Source: Octopus vulgaris (Eukaryota). Taken from it: 64,000 nucleotides of DNA. The stretch lies in the NCBI GenBank assembly GCA_951406725.2, contig OX597829.1:1550001-1614000 (forward strand), written 5' to 3'. This document shows positions 26,538-40,889 of the stretch, piece by piece. The notes below the pieces were generated by a model, which had not been told where the DNA came from, made no database searches, and saw only the letters and a program-made list of their open reading frames with translations. Both the position numbers and the translations under genes were made by a program. The first letter of the stretch is position 1; every line of letters begins with the position of its first letter.

Positions 26538-27971
26538 GATACTGAAGACGGGGGTGTAACTAGACTCTTTATTTTGCGCAACAATCATTTCAGCTGCTTT
26601 TTGCACTGCTCCCTATTGGGTTGTGAACGATGTAATGACCACTAATGCGTGTGAATTACTATCAACATACCATAACCAGTAGCTTTTAGCTTGGAGTGAA
26701 ATGCAAATCATATAACTTTTTAAGCCTATTACGTCACTTGATGAGGCCCCTAGCACTGTGGGATGCATCTGATATCATTACATCGTTCCCCACCCGATAG
26801 AGAGCTTCCACCGAGGTCGTGATTTACGCCCCTATAAATGAAAGGCTTTCTAACTCTGATAGAAAATAATATTATTAGGGTAGCATAGTGGCAAGACTGG
26901 TAGAGAAAACAACGTATATTGTTTGCTTACATAACTATTCCGATTCCCAGACTTGTCACGATAATTTCATCTTAAATTATTTCAAGGTCGAAACTGACGA
27001 ATTTGCAGAATTGTTTGCATGACGGACAAAATGCCTATTGGTTCTTCTTCAGGCTTTCCGATCTGAGTTCAAATTCTGTCAAGATCGACTTGCCTTTCAT
27101 CCTTTCGGGATCGAGAAAATATGTACCAGATGTAAGCGATTAGTTCACTCCCTCACTCCATAGAAATGTCCGCCCTTGTACCCATTGTAGAAAGAAATAC
27201 TTCCAGGGATGGTAAAGTAAAAAGCCAGCAAAAACCCCTAGAATCTATATAATAGACGAAACACCTCTTAACACTTTTACCTAGGTTAGAATTCTTAATT
27301 CCATATGTTGGTAAAATGATGAAAGCAACGTGAATACTCACGTTTCATTTCTTTCAAAGATTTTCAAGCAGACTAACCATTCAAAAATATTTGAAAGAAG
27401 GGAAATGGGTGTACAACTAGCAATTGCCACTTTGCCAAAATATAACAATTACTCCGCTGAACAGCATTAGAGTTCAATAGATAGTTCATAGTGCTTTTGT
27501 TACCAACGTACAATACAAAACGAGTTATTTTTCTAATTTCCTTTATTTCCTGGATACTTGACACCTAAGGTATAGACATGAATCCACATTTAAGCGGTTT
27601 GTTTGGCAGCAACATGATTTCGGAGTCAAAACAGTAACGTGTTGCCTTGGCCAAGTGTTTTCTACCTTATTTACTTGTAAAACTAAAAACCTCTTCAGTA
27701 AAGTTTGCTGTAGACAACAATTTTAGTCAAGCGTGGTTGCTATAATCCGTCACCCGTCTACAATCACCATTTTGTCCATATGTGACGTTAACAGACAACT
27801 CTGTCGAAAGAATTCGAACAATGTCTCCTATTTTATAATATCATTCTCCTCATCTCGTAACAGTCTTGCTTTTCCTTTAAAGGGACCAGGATTTAGCCCC
27901 TCGGCTTTAAAGCAAACTAGAACATTAATTAGGAACGAGTAAGGTTTTTTTAAAAACATTAGAACTTCTTT

Positions 27972-28211
27972 ATAGTGGTTGTATACTGTCAATTCAACGT
28001 GACAGTCCCGTAAAGCGAATCACACCACTGCTATTTAGCCCTAGGAAGAATCGACGCTTCCTGTCGGCTTTGACACATTTCCTGTGTTCTTATATTGTCC
28101 TTATATTGTCAAAGCCGACAGGAAGCGTCGATGCTTCCTATGGCTAAATGGCGGTGATGTGATTCCCTTTACGGCACTGTCACGTTGAGTTGACAGTATA
28201 CAACGACTATA
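27972..28211. repeat. Fold-back inverted repeat, about 104-bp arms
   Basis: atagtggttgtatactgtcaa..gtcggctttgaca versus tgtcaaagccgac..ttgacagtatacaacgactat. Confidence 0.85.
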
Positions 28212-28426
28212 TCGCCCCACCACCACTCATGTCTCTCTGAGACATTTAGAAATTCAATATTTCTAAGAACTTCTTTAGTTGGGGTAATAAGTTACGTATG
28301 TGTAAATACCAACAATTTATGACTTCGTTGTACAAAAAACGTTGGGTGGTTCCCGACACAGCGTCTCACGACTTATTGACTGCATACCCCACCTATTTTC
28401 CGCGATCGACAGGATGATATCTGCTG

Positions 28427-28490
<64 letters not shown>

Positions 28491-28620
28491 GTAGTAGGCT
28501 ATGGCTGTCATGAATTGCTTAATTTGCATATTTAGGCTTAGACGGATCTTTATTGAGTAAAGAATTATATTTATGTAAAACATTAGATAATCCAGAATGC
28601 TTTCAACTATTGTATATAGC

Positions 28621-28659
<39 letters not shown>

Positions 28660-28964
28660 TCTTTTATTATTTTATTTGTTTCAGTCATTTGGCTGCGGCC
28701 ATGCTGAAGCACCGTCTCTTCTCTTCTCTTCTCTACTGCTGAACAGTTAACGACTTAAGATGAAAAAGAATAAGAAAAAAAATCAAGTATGGCTTTTCTT
28801 TTTTAACTATTGACTATTTTCTATCAATAAAAAACTTCGTACATTGTTAAATATAACATAAGTCGTTTTGAGTTACGCCGAATTGACGGTGCCAAAGGAT
28901 GATGGAATGGTGCTAGACATGGTTACCAACGCCGAGGAACTTTTAGAAGTTTATATTACATGAC

Positions 28965-29647
28965 TTAGCTTGGCTTCATACCCTTGCTTGACAAGGCTGG
29001 GGTCATTCCAAGTTAATGATCCCAGAGCCAATCAGGTCAACCAGGGATCTCCATCAGTGGTGGTCTCGTGCCAGCACCCTTACATCCTCCAAGGTGGCGT
29101 TAGCTTCTGGAGATTTTCTCCAATCACGTCAGTCAATGTGGTGCGGAGCCTGCCTCAAGCCCTCTTCCAGCCAGCAGCCGCTGCTTCGAACGACAGTAAA
29201 TCCCTTGTAGGATGATCTAGCGGGAGATGGAGAACATATTCGTACCAGCGCATGCGCCGGAGCCATATAAGAGAGCCACCTGCTCAACCGCATTCGCAAC
29301 AACGATATCTCTGATACCTGAGAAGAAGCTGAGCACCTGCAGCCAGCAACAACGACACCAGTCAGATACATAACTTGCTCCGCAGAGCCAGTACCGCTCC
29401 CCAGTTCAAGACACCCCGGGTGAAGGATACCAATATCAACGTCATCACCAGGGAGACCTCCTTCCTCGAACGCTGGAGGGAGCACTTCAGCCTTCTTCTT
29501 CATTACCGAGCTGTCTCAATCGATGCCAGCCTAACCGTCTCTCCAGACACAGCGGCAACTGACGATATTTGCAGACTCGATCCTGTCAACCCCGGTGAAG
29601 TCAATGCCGCCCTAGAAAATGTTAAGATAAAATGCGAATGCTTTTGA
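28965..29647 (+). mobile_element. Decayed RTE-like LINE fragment (EN-RT linker)
   Basis: ORF 29375..29647 has VKD...ITRETSFLERWREHFSLLL...EVNAALENVK, typical of the linker upstream of RT; raised GC. Confidence 0.62.
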
Positions 29648-29975
29648 CTCATTGATGGAAATTCCTCAACTTTATCTTAACCTAGAAGATATTATCTCCC
29701 TTATAATTCAGCAGGAGCACATGCCACGTATAAATATACATATACATAATGATATAAATAATATTAATTAATAAACATACATATGTTCTACATTCAATGT
29801 TACAGTTCTTCAATTTAATATTGTGATAATTACAATGGAGGGTTGCATTTACAACCCCTATCTCAATTTGTATATACATATATATATAAACACACACATG
29901 CACATACATGCACGCACGCGCACGCACACACACACACATATATATGTATGTGTGTGTGTGAGTGTGGATGTATAT

Positions 29976-30019
<44 letters not shown>

Positions 30020-30034
30020 GTATGTATATATATG

Positions 30035-30068
<34 letters not shown>

Positions 30069-30077
30069 GTATGTATA

Positions 30078-30125
<48 letters not shown>

Positions 30126-30128
<3 letters not shown>

Positions 30129-30349
30129 TTTAAGCAGCAGAAAATTCAACAAAATCTGTTACTCTGAGTTTCTCGTTGCCGTTCATCAGACAGTTTTTGC
30201 AAAAACTGTCTGATGAACGGCAACGAGAAACTCAGAGTAACAGATTTTGTTGAATTTTCTGCTGCTTAAAATAAAGCATATTACTCTACCACTGGTATTT
30301 GAGTACTCTTTTTTCCACCTTGTTTCACATTTATGTGTTTACTCCGGTA
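30126..30349. mobile_element. Palindromic Penelope-like 3'-end insertion with two hammerheads
   Basis: Perfect 148-bp palindrome 30126-30273 centred at 30199/30200; 30199-30349 is the reverse complement of 19491-19641; (TA)n on both sides. Confidence 0.85.
30206..30243 (+). ncRNA. Type I minimal hammerhead ribozyme (mirror copy 30156-30193 on minus)
   Basis: ctgt-CTGATGA-acggcaacga-GAAAC-tcaga-GTA-acag. Confidence 0.8.
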
Positions 30350-30359
30350 TATATATATG

Positions 30360-30402
<43 letters not shown>

Positions 30403-30403
30403 T

Positions 30404-30778
30404 TGCTCTCTTTTACTTGTTTCAGTCATTTGACTGCGGCCATGCTGGAGCACCGCCTTTAGTCGAGCAAATCGACCCCGGGACTTATTCTTTGTAAGCC
30501 CAGTACTTATTCTATCGGTCTCTTTTGCCGAACCGCTAAGTGACAGGGACGTAAACACACCAGCATCGGTTGTCAAGCAATGCTAGGGGGACAAACACAC
30601 ACATATATATATACATATATACGACAGGCTTCTTTCAGTTTCCGTCTACCAAATCCACTCACAAGGCATTGGTTGGCCCGGGCTATAGCAGAAGACACTT
30701 GCCCAAGATGCCACGCAATGGGACTGAACCCGGAACCATGTGGTTGGTTAGCAAGCTACTTACCACACAGCCACTCCT
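30404..30778 (-). mobile_element. SINE family B, full length
   Basis: Reverse complement of the 56594-56999 family. Confidence 0.88.
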
Positions 30779-31791
30779 GTATATATATATATACATACGT
30801 ACATATGTTTGTGTGTAAAGTACATTTCTGAAGCTATCCAGAAGATAGCTACACCGAATGACGTTTAAAGAAATATGCATACGAAAGTATACACTCACAC
30901 ACGTACACACACACGCATACACACACACAACCACACATGCACAAACTCACACGCACATATGTAAATACATGCATGTTTATACACACACACATACACATGA
31001 ACACGCAGACAAATTACAAAATAGAACAAAATAAGAAAAAACAAAATATCAATGATAAATTACTTTTAAAGTACTAAAGTGAAATACGGCGAGGAAAGAA
31101 TTTATTTCAGATTTCAGGACTCGGTGGAATAGTTGAGTTGATATGCTTGAGTGAATTCTGACGTGAAAGACATGCATCAGGAAGTCATTAGTGGATTAAA
31201 AATCTGACATGGTTTTTACCAAAAGTGAATGCGACGCTTCAGTTGTTACGACATTGCACCCCTCAGCAAACACACAGTTGGAAACTTACTTCGATCGAAG
31301 AAGTTTTCTGCTGCAAGCTCCTAAGATTTATGAGATCAGCGTTATAAATGGAAACGCTGGACTCTGACATGATAATTAATAAGGATTCTGTGCACCATTA
31401 CATGAAACAAAAGGTGATCTGAATTCTCTGGAGGAATCTACCATTCTTCCATTCTGTACTATGCTTTCGAAAAAGGAAAACGTGTGGCCGAGAGCGAACA
31501 AGCAATGTTGAGTAAAGGCTGGAAGCGGGAGATTGGGGGAGGGGGGGCAGGTAGATATAAACTGTTCTTTGAGAAAAATAATTGATTATATTACTGCATG
31601 TGAAAGTCTTTGCAAAGGAATCGTTACGGAAGATGTTGTAAAATATAAGACATCTCAAGAGTATTGGCACGACCGGAAATAGTCATTTTATCCGGAAATT
31701 CTTACACGAGTGCATGACATATCAATTTTCTGAAAAAATAAAAAGAACAGTGTTACACGCTTTATTATTGTTATGATTGTTGTTGTTGTTG

Positions 31792-31877
<86 letters not shown>

Positions 31878-31880
<3 letters not shown>

Positions 31881-33548
31881 TAGTTTTATTTTTTTAGCGT
31901 GCTTTCACTTCACTACCGAGCGCAGCTCTGTGTGCCTTGGGTATGTGCTGTGATTTGTTGTGATGCTCTGATGGTTATTGTATGGAAAGTGTTCTGCGTA
32001 GGATGTGTGCAGTGCCTAGTAGTGCAATTTTCTGTATGTTATATGTGTTTGTAAGTCCTGGTGTTTTTGTTATGTATTTGTCTGAATATTTTTTTATCAT
32101 GCCTAATGCACCTACTATGATAGGAATTGTTTCTGTTTTCAGATTCCACATTCTAGTTACCTCTATTTCCAGGTCTTTGTATTTTGAGAGTTTCTCCATT
32201 TCTTTTAGAGACACGTTGTCATCAGCCGGTATTGATACATCAATTAGAAAGCATTTTTTTCTTCATGGTCTCTGACAACTATATCTGGTCTGTTGGCCTT
32301 AATTTCTCTGTCTGTGTGTATCGGCATATCCCAGAGTATGGTTGCTTTCTCGTTTTCCGTGACTTTTTCTGGTGTGTGCCTATACCATCTTTTTTCTGTT
32401 GTTATTCCATAATGTTGGCATAGCTTCCAATGTATGTAGGTTCCAACTCTGTCATGTCTGTGAATATATTCCTTCTTAGCCAGGACTGGGTAGCTAGAGA
32501 TAATATGATTTATTGTTTCTTGTCCATCTCCCCATATTCTGCAGTTACTTGTAATATCTCTTTTCATTACAGGTTTATGGTAATTTCTGGTGGGGAGGCT
32601 TTGGTCTTGTGCTGCAATTAAAAATCCTTCTGTTTCTGCTTTGAGTCCTGAGCTTCTCAACCATTGCTGGGATTTTTCTTTGTCTATTTCTTTTGCGTTT
32701 AGTTTAGTCCAGTATTTACCATGAAGGGGCTTTTCTTGCCATCGTTTTATCATGGTTCGTTGCTGTTCTATTTTTAGTTTGGATTTCATTTGTTTTATAG
32801 CTTTTGTTGTTTCTCCATCTTCTTCTTCTTCTTCATGTTTATTAGGTGGTATGATTTCTTGTTTGTATTTGTCAGCTTCCTTAAATACTGAGAACAGTTT
32901 TTTGTTTTGCTCGTGTTTTGCCGCTATCTGGATCAGTTTTCCTTCCTTCTGAAGTAGATATTTTTGCAATCCTATGGTGGTTATTTTATAGTAGTTTTCC
33001 AGCTGTATAAGGCCTCTACCACCTTCTATACGTTGTATATATAGTCTTTCTATGTCAGATTTTGGGTGATGCATCCTAGATCCTGTCATTATTTTTCTTG
33101 TTTTCCTATCTATTTTGGACAGTTCATTTCGTGTCCAGTTAAGGATATTGTAGCTGTAACTTATAACTGGGACAGCTAAAGTGTTGATACCTATTATCTT
33201 GTTTTTAGCATTGAGCTCTGTGTTTAGTATTGATCTAACTCGTCTATAATATTCTTTTTTTATTTTCTCTTTCATTTGTGTGTGTTGTGTCTTATCTAGT
33301 TCATGGATTCCTAAGTATTTGCAAGTTTGGCTTTGGTCTAATTCTTTTATTTCATTGGTTTTATCTAGTGTGATGTTGTTACTTTTAACTAGTTTTCCTC
33401 TTTTCATGGTTACTTTGGCGCATTTTTCTAATCCAAATTTCATATCTATTTCTTTGGTAAATCCATGAACTGTCTTTAATAGTGTTTCCAGCTGTTTGTC
33501 ATTTGCAGCGTATAGTTTTAGGTCATCCATATATAAAAGGTGGCTGAT
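31878..33548 (-). mobile_element. 5'-truncated R4/Dong-type non-LTR retrotransposon (RT C-half, Zn knuckle, RLE), inactive
   Basis: YMDDLKLY, FGLEKC, YLG, GGRGL, AAQDQ, RHD, NRPDIVV, then frameshift to D..KEMEKLSKYKDL..IPIIVGALG; knuckle mutated (CRIW..H...SY); 3' end runs into (AAT)n. Confidence 0.92.
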
Positions 33549-33830
33549 CGTTTTGCCGTAACATTTATATCCGCATCCAGTTCTTCTTCTTCTTCTTCTT
33601 CTTCTTCTTCTTCTTCTTCTTCTTCTTCTTCTTCTTCTTCTTCTTCTTCTTCTTCTTCTTCTTCTTCTTCTTCTTCTTCTTCTTCTTCTTCTTTCTCCTT
33701 CCTTTCATCCTTTCGGGATCGATAAATTAAGTGCCAGCAAAATACTGGGGCCGATGTCATCACTAATCTCCCCCCACCACCACCAAATTTCAGGCCTTGG
33801 ACCTTTCGTAGAAAAGATTGTTATTATTAT

Positions 33831-34170
33831 CGAGTGAGAGAGCAGTGCATGTCATTAAAGTGAGACTGGGGTAAAATATATAAAGCCCAATAGACCCATC
33901 ATGGTTACCCATCTGATAAGGGTACACCAGGCACATACATCACAACCATATGCGCGCGACATAGTGATTTCATACCAAGATAAAGAGCGCATGACCTTGC
34001 AGGTGAGGCCCAGTCAGAATTTTCAGTAGGTTGAGTAGATCATCCTGCTCAAAAGGTCCCTGAATAAGAGTTGTTTAAGAATGTTGAACGAAACACCAAT
34101 GTTTTCAGAGGTGAATTATTAAAACCCTAAAGATTCCTCTCAACACATGACAATGATGTTCCCCCATTAC
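33831..34170 (-). mobile_element. Non-coding interspersed element (family of 37172-37727), partial
   Basis: Reverse-complement homology to about 37385-37727; ends ctctctcactc then (ATA)n. Confidence 0.75.
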
Positions 34171-34253
34171 CTTCTTCTTCTTCTTCTTCTTCTTCTTCTT
34201 CTTCTTCTTCTTCTTCTTCTTCTTCTTCTTCTTCTTCTTCTTCTTCTTCTTCT

Positions 34254-34404
<151 letters not shown>

Positions 34405-34643
34405 GTCTATCAGCCAAGTCAGTTATAAAAATCAACCTGCCACCCTGCCTATGAAGGGGACAGGGAGCTACGGTGAAGATAGTCGCATGACGGACACTTT
34501 TAGATGGTTTGCAGACAGCGTTTCCCTCTCTCGACAAGCTCTCATCAAAATATACAACTACCATATGCTGAGAAAGGCGAGAGAGCAACAGGAGCCGCTG
34601 GCATGTTGCGTTCTACCTGGATGGTAGATGAAGGCGAACATAA

Positions 34644-35065
34644 GACGGCGAGCTGGCAGAAACGTTAGCACGCCGGGCGAAATGTGTAGCTGTATTTCGT
34701 CTGTCGTTACGTTCTGAGTTCAAATTCCGCCGAGGTCGACTTTGCTTTTCATCCTTTCGGGGTCGATTAAATAAGTACCAGTTACGCACTGGGGTCGATA
34801 TAATCGACTTAATTCGTTTGTCTGTCCTTGTTTGTCCTCTCTGGGTTTAGCCCCTTGTGGGTAATAAAGAAATAGAAATAGGTATTTCGTCCGCCGCTAT
34901 GTTCTGAGTTCAAATTCCACCGAGGTCGACTTTGCCTTTCATCCTTTCGGGGTCGATTAAATAAGTACCAGTCACGCACTGGGATCGATATAATCGACTT
35001 AATCCGTTTGTCTGTTCTTGATTGTCCTCTCTGTGTTTAGCCCCTTGTGGGTAGTAAAGAAATAG
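34644..35065 (+). mobile_element. SINE family A dimer (full copy plus headless copy) with TSD
   Basis: Second unit starts ggtatttcg at 34881; ggtagatgaaggc.aac at 34623 and 35065. Confidence 0.88.
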
Positions 35066-35776
35066 GTAGATGAAGGCTAACTAGTTAACTAGACTGAATA
35101 GTTCTCTGATAATGCACTTGGAAACAGGAAATCAGAAATGGATGACAAAAAAATTAACACGGTTATTGCAGCAGAATACTTATCCTTCCTCTCCTTTATC
35201 AACAAAATGTCTCAAGTGGCATCTGAACTCAAAGCGTAGAGGAATGATGTGAGTATGTATGTGTGTGATTGTGCGTGTGTGTGCATCTGTCTGTATGTCT
35301 GTTTGTCTGTATGTGTGTACGTTTATGTTTAAACACACACACACACACATATACAGAGTACCTGTTTTTAAAGCTGGCACTGTGTGATACTGACATCATG
35401 ATATAATGACACAATCCTAGACAATAAAGCCTTATCACCTTACCATAATGTGATATTATCTTAATGACACTCAGAAGAACGCATTAAACAAATTGAAAAA
35501 AGGGTCTTAAATGTTTTCCCCGCCATAGCTGTACATGACGAGAGTTAACTATTGAAACGTTAATTGTTTTTCTTCCCTCCATTTTTAATTTTAAATAATT
35601 AGAAATTTTTTCCCTTTTTTTCTTATTGCTCGCTACTATATGTTAGAATGACAATTATCTTTTTATTTATTATTTGAGAAGCCATGCTGGAGCACTACCT
35701 TGAAGGGTCTAGGTCAAACAAAGTCGAACCCTGTACTAATTGTTTGAAGCCGATCCTTATTTTGCTGCTGCTGCTG

Positions 35777-35903
<127 letters not shown>

Positions 35904-35955
35904 AACAACAACAACAACAACTACTACTACTGATGATGATGATGATTATTATTGT

Positions 35956-36415
35956 TTCCCAATCCAAACAGATCATGTGCTAGAGCATAAAAGACCGGAC
36001 CTAGTGGTCGTTGACAAGATGCGTCACATGTGCTATATAGTTGATGTTGGGTGCCCCTCTGACCCACGAATGATCAAGTAGTAAGACGAAAAAATATAGT
36101 TATATACAATCCTCTTAAGTACGAAATAGCCCGGCTATAGGAAATGAAAACAGTGAAGATGGTGTGAGTTATTGTTGGATCCTTGGGAATAGTATAAGAA
36201 CACATCATGAGGAATGTAAAGGAAATCGAAATAGAGTATCCAGTAGAACTTACGAAAAGTTTGTCTCGTTGGCACGGCCAGAATAAACGGGAAAGTATTG
36301 CATTGTTGAAAAGCACAGTTAGCGTGGTAGCGTAGGCTGCAGGCAGCAAGCCCGCTACGCATGGAAGACTCTAGGAGCTCCAGCAAAACCTGATATAGAA
36401 AGAAAAAAATATTCA
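35956..36415 (+). mobile_element. Decayed R4/Dong RLE 3' fragment
   Basis: FPIQTDHVLEHKRPDLVVVDK..CYIVDVGCP.D then stops; flanked by trinucleotide arrays. Confidence 0.75.
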
Positions 36416-37765
<1,350 letters not shown>

Positions 37766-37766
37766 T

Positions 37767-37856
<90 letters not shown>

Positions 37857-37917
37857 GCCTTCTTGGCAAGAGCGTCTGCAACAACAAATTAAAATATTTA
37901 GATCTGACATTGAATAT

Positions 37918-39594
37918 TTGAAAAACCTTAAGGCTCACAAGATTACCAAACCTACAAAAACCCAAAAATTACTGAAAAAATACAATATGAAAACTATACT
38001 TGATATTGATGCCACCATAGAAACCATCAAACAAAAGGTATCTGCCAAAGCTGCCCGCATAGCGAGGTATGAAAAGCGTGTTAGATTTTTCAAGGACAAC
38101 AACATGTTCAAAAATAACACCAAGAATTTTTACCGGAAGATAGGAAAAACAGCGTTTACTGCAGGGTCTGTACCATCAAAAGAAGAAGTGCAGAGATTTT
38201 GGAATAAAATCTGGGCAGAAGAAAAAACACACAACGAAAAGGCCCCCTGGATTGACAGAATATCTACAGAACTGGACCCCTTAGAAGAGCAAAAGTGGGA
38301 GGGTGTCAAGGTAGAAGATATAAGATCTGCTCTCAGGAGGTCAAGCAAATGGAAGTCTCCAGGAAAGGATAAAATTCCTAACTTCTGGCTGAATGCCTTC
38401 CCAGAGAGCCATGAACTGCTAACAGAACTGTACAATGATGTTTTGCAACACCCTAGTAGGATGCCTCCTTGGCTAGTTAATGGGTTAACATTCCTGCTTC
38501 CAAAAAGTGAAGAAACAAATGAACCAAAAAACTATAGACCCATAACTTGCTTAACAACTATGTACAAAACACTAACATCTGTCCTGACGGAATATACCTA
38601 TAGTTTTTTAACAGACAGCAGCATATTCCCTAATGAACAGAAAGGATGTAAACGTGGATCCTACGGCTGTAAAGACCAACTACTCATCAATAAGATGATC
38701 TTAGAAGATTGTCACAAACGACACAAAAACTTATCAATAGCCTGGATAGACTATAAAAAGGCTTTTGATAGCCTACCACATAGCTGGATTAGAAAATGCC
38801 TTGAAATGTATAAGATAGCACCAACTCTGCGAAACTTCTTGACTGTAAGTATGAGATCATGGAGAACCACACTAACTCTGAACAGTGACAGTGAATTCCT
38901 AAATGCTGGTGATGTAAAAATTTCGTGTGGCATTTTCCAGGGTGACTCACTGTCACCACTCCTCTTTTGTTTATCCTTAATACCTCTCTCAAAGCTGCTC
39001 AATGACGCGCAGTACGGGTATAAAATGTTTGATAAAAATATAAATCATCTCGTTTACATGGATGATTTAAAGCTTTTTGCAAAAAATGATCAACAACTCA
39101 AGGGCTTACTAGCGATAGTCAAACAATTCAGTGACGACATCAGAATGCAATTCGGCCTCGATAAATGTGCAAAGGCTACCTTTATCAAAGGAAAAATGAC
39201 AGAAACATCTAACGTTAACCTTGACCAACAGAATGTCATAAAAGAACTAGACCCAGCGGAGAGCTACAAGTACCTAGGGATAATTGAAGGGAACGGAATA
39301 AGGCATTCAGAGATGAAGGAAAGGATCAGGAGAGAATGCTATCGAAGAGTGAGAGCAATACTCAAGACAGAGCTGAATGCAAGAAACAGGATCGAAGCAA
39401 TCAATGCATTAGCTATACCAGTCGTGACTTACAGTTTCAATATTGTTAACTGGTCAATTACTGAAATATGTCAGCTCGACAGAAAAATAAGGAAACTGTT
39501 GACAATGCATAGAATGCACCACCCTAAGGCAGATACAGAACGACTCTATCTGCCAAGAAAAGAGGAGGCCGTGGTCTTTTGCAACTGGCAATAA
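37918..39594 (+). CDS. Non-LTR reverse transcriptase (R4 clade), part before frameshift
   Basis: KSPGKD, NYRPITCL, EQKG, WIDYKKAFDS, GIFQGDSLSP, YMDDLKL, FGLDKC, YKYLG. Confidence 0.93.
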   Translation: MKNLKAHKITKPTKTQKLLKKYNMKTILDIDATIETIKQKVSAKAARIARYEKRVRFFKDNNMFKNNTKNFYRKIGKTAFTAGSVPSKEEVQRFWNKIWAEEKTHNEKAPWIDRISTELDPLEEQKWEGVKVEDIRSALRRSSKWKSPGKDKIPNFWLNAFPESHELLTELYNDVLQHPSRMPPWLVNGLTFLLPKSEETNEPKNYRPITCLTTMYKTLTSVLTEYTYSFLTDSSIFPNEQKGCKRGSYGCKDQLLINKMILEDCHKRHKNLSIAWIDYKKAFDSLPHSWIRKCLEMYKIAPTLRNFLTVSMRSWRTTLTLNSDSEFLNAGDVKISCGIFQGDSLSPLLFCLSLIPLSKLLNDAQYGYKMFDKNINHLVYMDDLKLFAKNDQQLKGLLAIVKQFSDDIRMQFGLDKCAKATFIKGKMTETSNVNLDQQNVIKELDPAESYKYLGIIEGNGIRHSEMKERIRRECYRRVRAILKTELNARNRIEAINALAIPVVTYSFNIVNWSITEICQLDRKIRKLLTMHRMHHPKADTERLYLPRKEEAVVFCNWQ

Positions 39595-40607
39595 CAATGA
39601 AGATTGCTACAATTGGCCTAGACACCTACCTGAAAAACTCTGAGGACTGGATGCTAAAACTTGTCTCAAAACATGAAAACAAGAAAGCATCATACTCAGT
39701 CACAAAACAGGCAAAGGAATATCTAAGTGAATTCCGAATACAACCAATTTCGGAGATAGATATACAAGAAACAAGCACAGAAAAAGCTAGGCGCATGAAA
39801 ACCCGTGCCAAAACTGCGGCCTTAGATATTCTGAATAATAAATGGCAAGAAAAACCTCTCTATGGCAAATACCCAAAGAGAGCGAATAATGCAGATATCG
39901 ACAAAGCCCTGACCCATCAATGGCTAATGGCCTCTGGCTTAAAATCTGAAACAGAGGGGTTTATCATAGCAGCTCAAGATCAATGCCTACCAACAAGAAA
40001 CTACCAGGCCAACATATTAAAGATCAGAAGCAGTCCAACGTGTCGTGTATGCAAGCAACAAAATGAAACCATTGACCATGTGGTCTCCAAGTGCAGTCTT
40101 CTAGCGCCTACAGAGTATCTCAACAGGCACGATAGAGCTGCACAATATATTCACTGGGTAATCTGTAAAAACCTGGATTTGCCCCATGAAAAAAACTGGT
40201 GGGAACACAAACCACCCCCAGTGCTTGAAAATGACCACATCTCACTCCTCTGGAACTTCACCATTCAAACTGACAGGAAGATAGATGCAAATAGGCCAGA
40301 CATCATATTGAAAAACTTCAAACAAAGAACATGCCTCCTCATTGATATGACTGTCCCAATCGATATAAACGTATCTGTCAAGACCTACCAAAAACTGAGC
40401 AAATATAAAGATCTTGAAATAGAAATCAGCAAAATGTGGAAGCTGAAGACTAAAACAATACCTGTTGTCATAGGTGCCCTGGGAATGATAGCAAAAGGGG
40501 CTGATAGCTACCTAACTCAGATACCAGGAAACCCAAAAATGGCAGAAGTTCAAAAGATAGTGCTCATGGGAACTGCTCATATCCTACGCAAAATACTCTC
40601 TATGTAA
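39579..40607 (+). CDS. C-terminal part of the same ORF: CCHC zinc knuckle and restriction-like endonuclease
   Basis: AAQDQ, CRVC..ETIDHVVSKC, RHD, NRPDII, LIDMTVP, KLSKYKDL; joins the RT frame if one base is restored in (E)GGRGL near 39563. Confidence 0.92.
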   Translation: MQLAITMKIATIGLDTYLKNSEDWMLKLVSKHENKKASYSVTKQAKEYLSEFRIQPISEIDIQETSTEKARRMKTRAKTAALDILNNKWQEKPLYGKYPKRANNADIDKALTHQWLMASGLKSETEGFIIAAQDQCLPTRNYQANILKIRSSPTCRVCKQQNETIDHVVSKCSLLAPTEYLNRHDRAAQYIHWVICKNLDLPHEKNWWEHKPPPVLENDHISLLWNFTIQTDRKIDANRPDIILKNFKQRTCLLIDMTVPIDINVSVKTYQKLSKYKDLEIEISKMWKLKTKTIPVVIGALGMIAKGADSYLTQIPGNPKMAEVQKIVLMGTAHILRKILSM

Positions 40608-40889
40608 TCTCAAGGTTTAAAACAAACATAATTTTCGGTTTAAAAAAAAAAAAAAAAAAAAAAACCTTTTTTTTTATTTTTAGACATTCATTAGTACAAC
40701 ATCCCCACCCCCCAAATATATGGCACACTAGGCATAACAACAACATGGACTTCCAACCCTGTTGTCTCTTGAGGTCTCTGGGTGAGACTTGGAGCCAACT
40801 TGTACAAATATAAAGCAAAAGTCAAACATAGAATAATAATAATAATAATAATAATAATTATTATTATTATTATTATAATAATAATAACT

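Larger units (their letters stand above)
37854..40831 (+). mobile_element. 5'-truncated R4/Dong-clade non-LTR retrotransposon inserted in (AAT)n
   Basis: RT, CCHC and RLE domains; about 225-bp 3' UTR; (AAT)n on both flanks as known for Dong elements. Confidence 0.95.
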
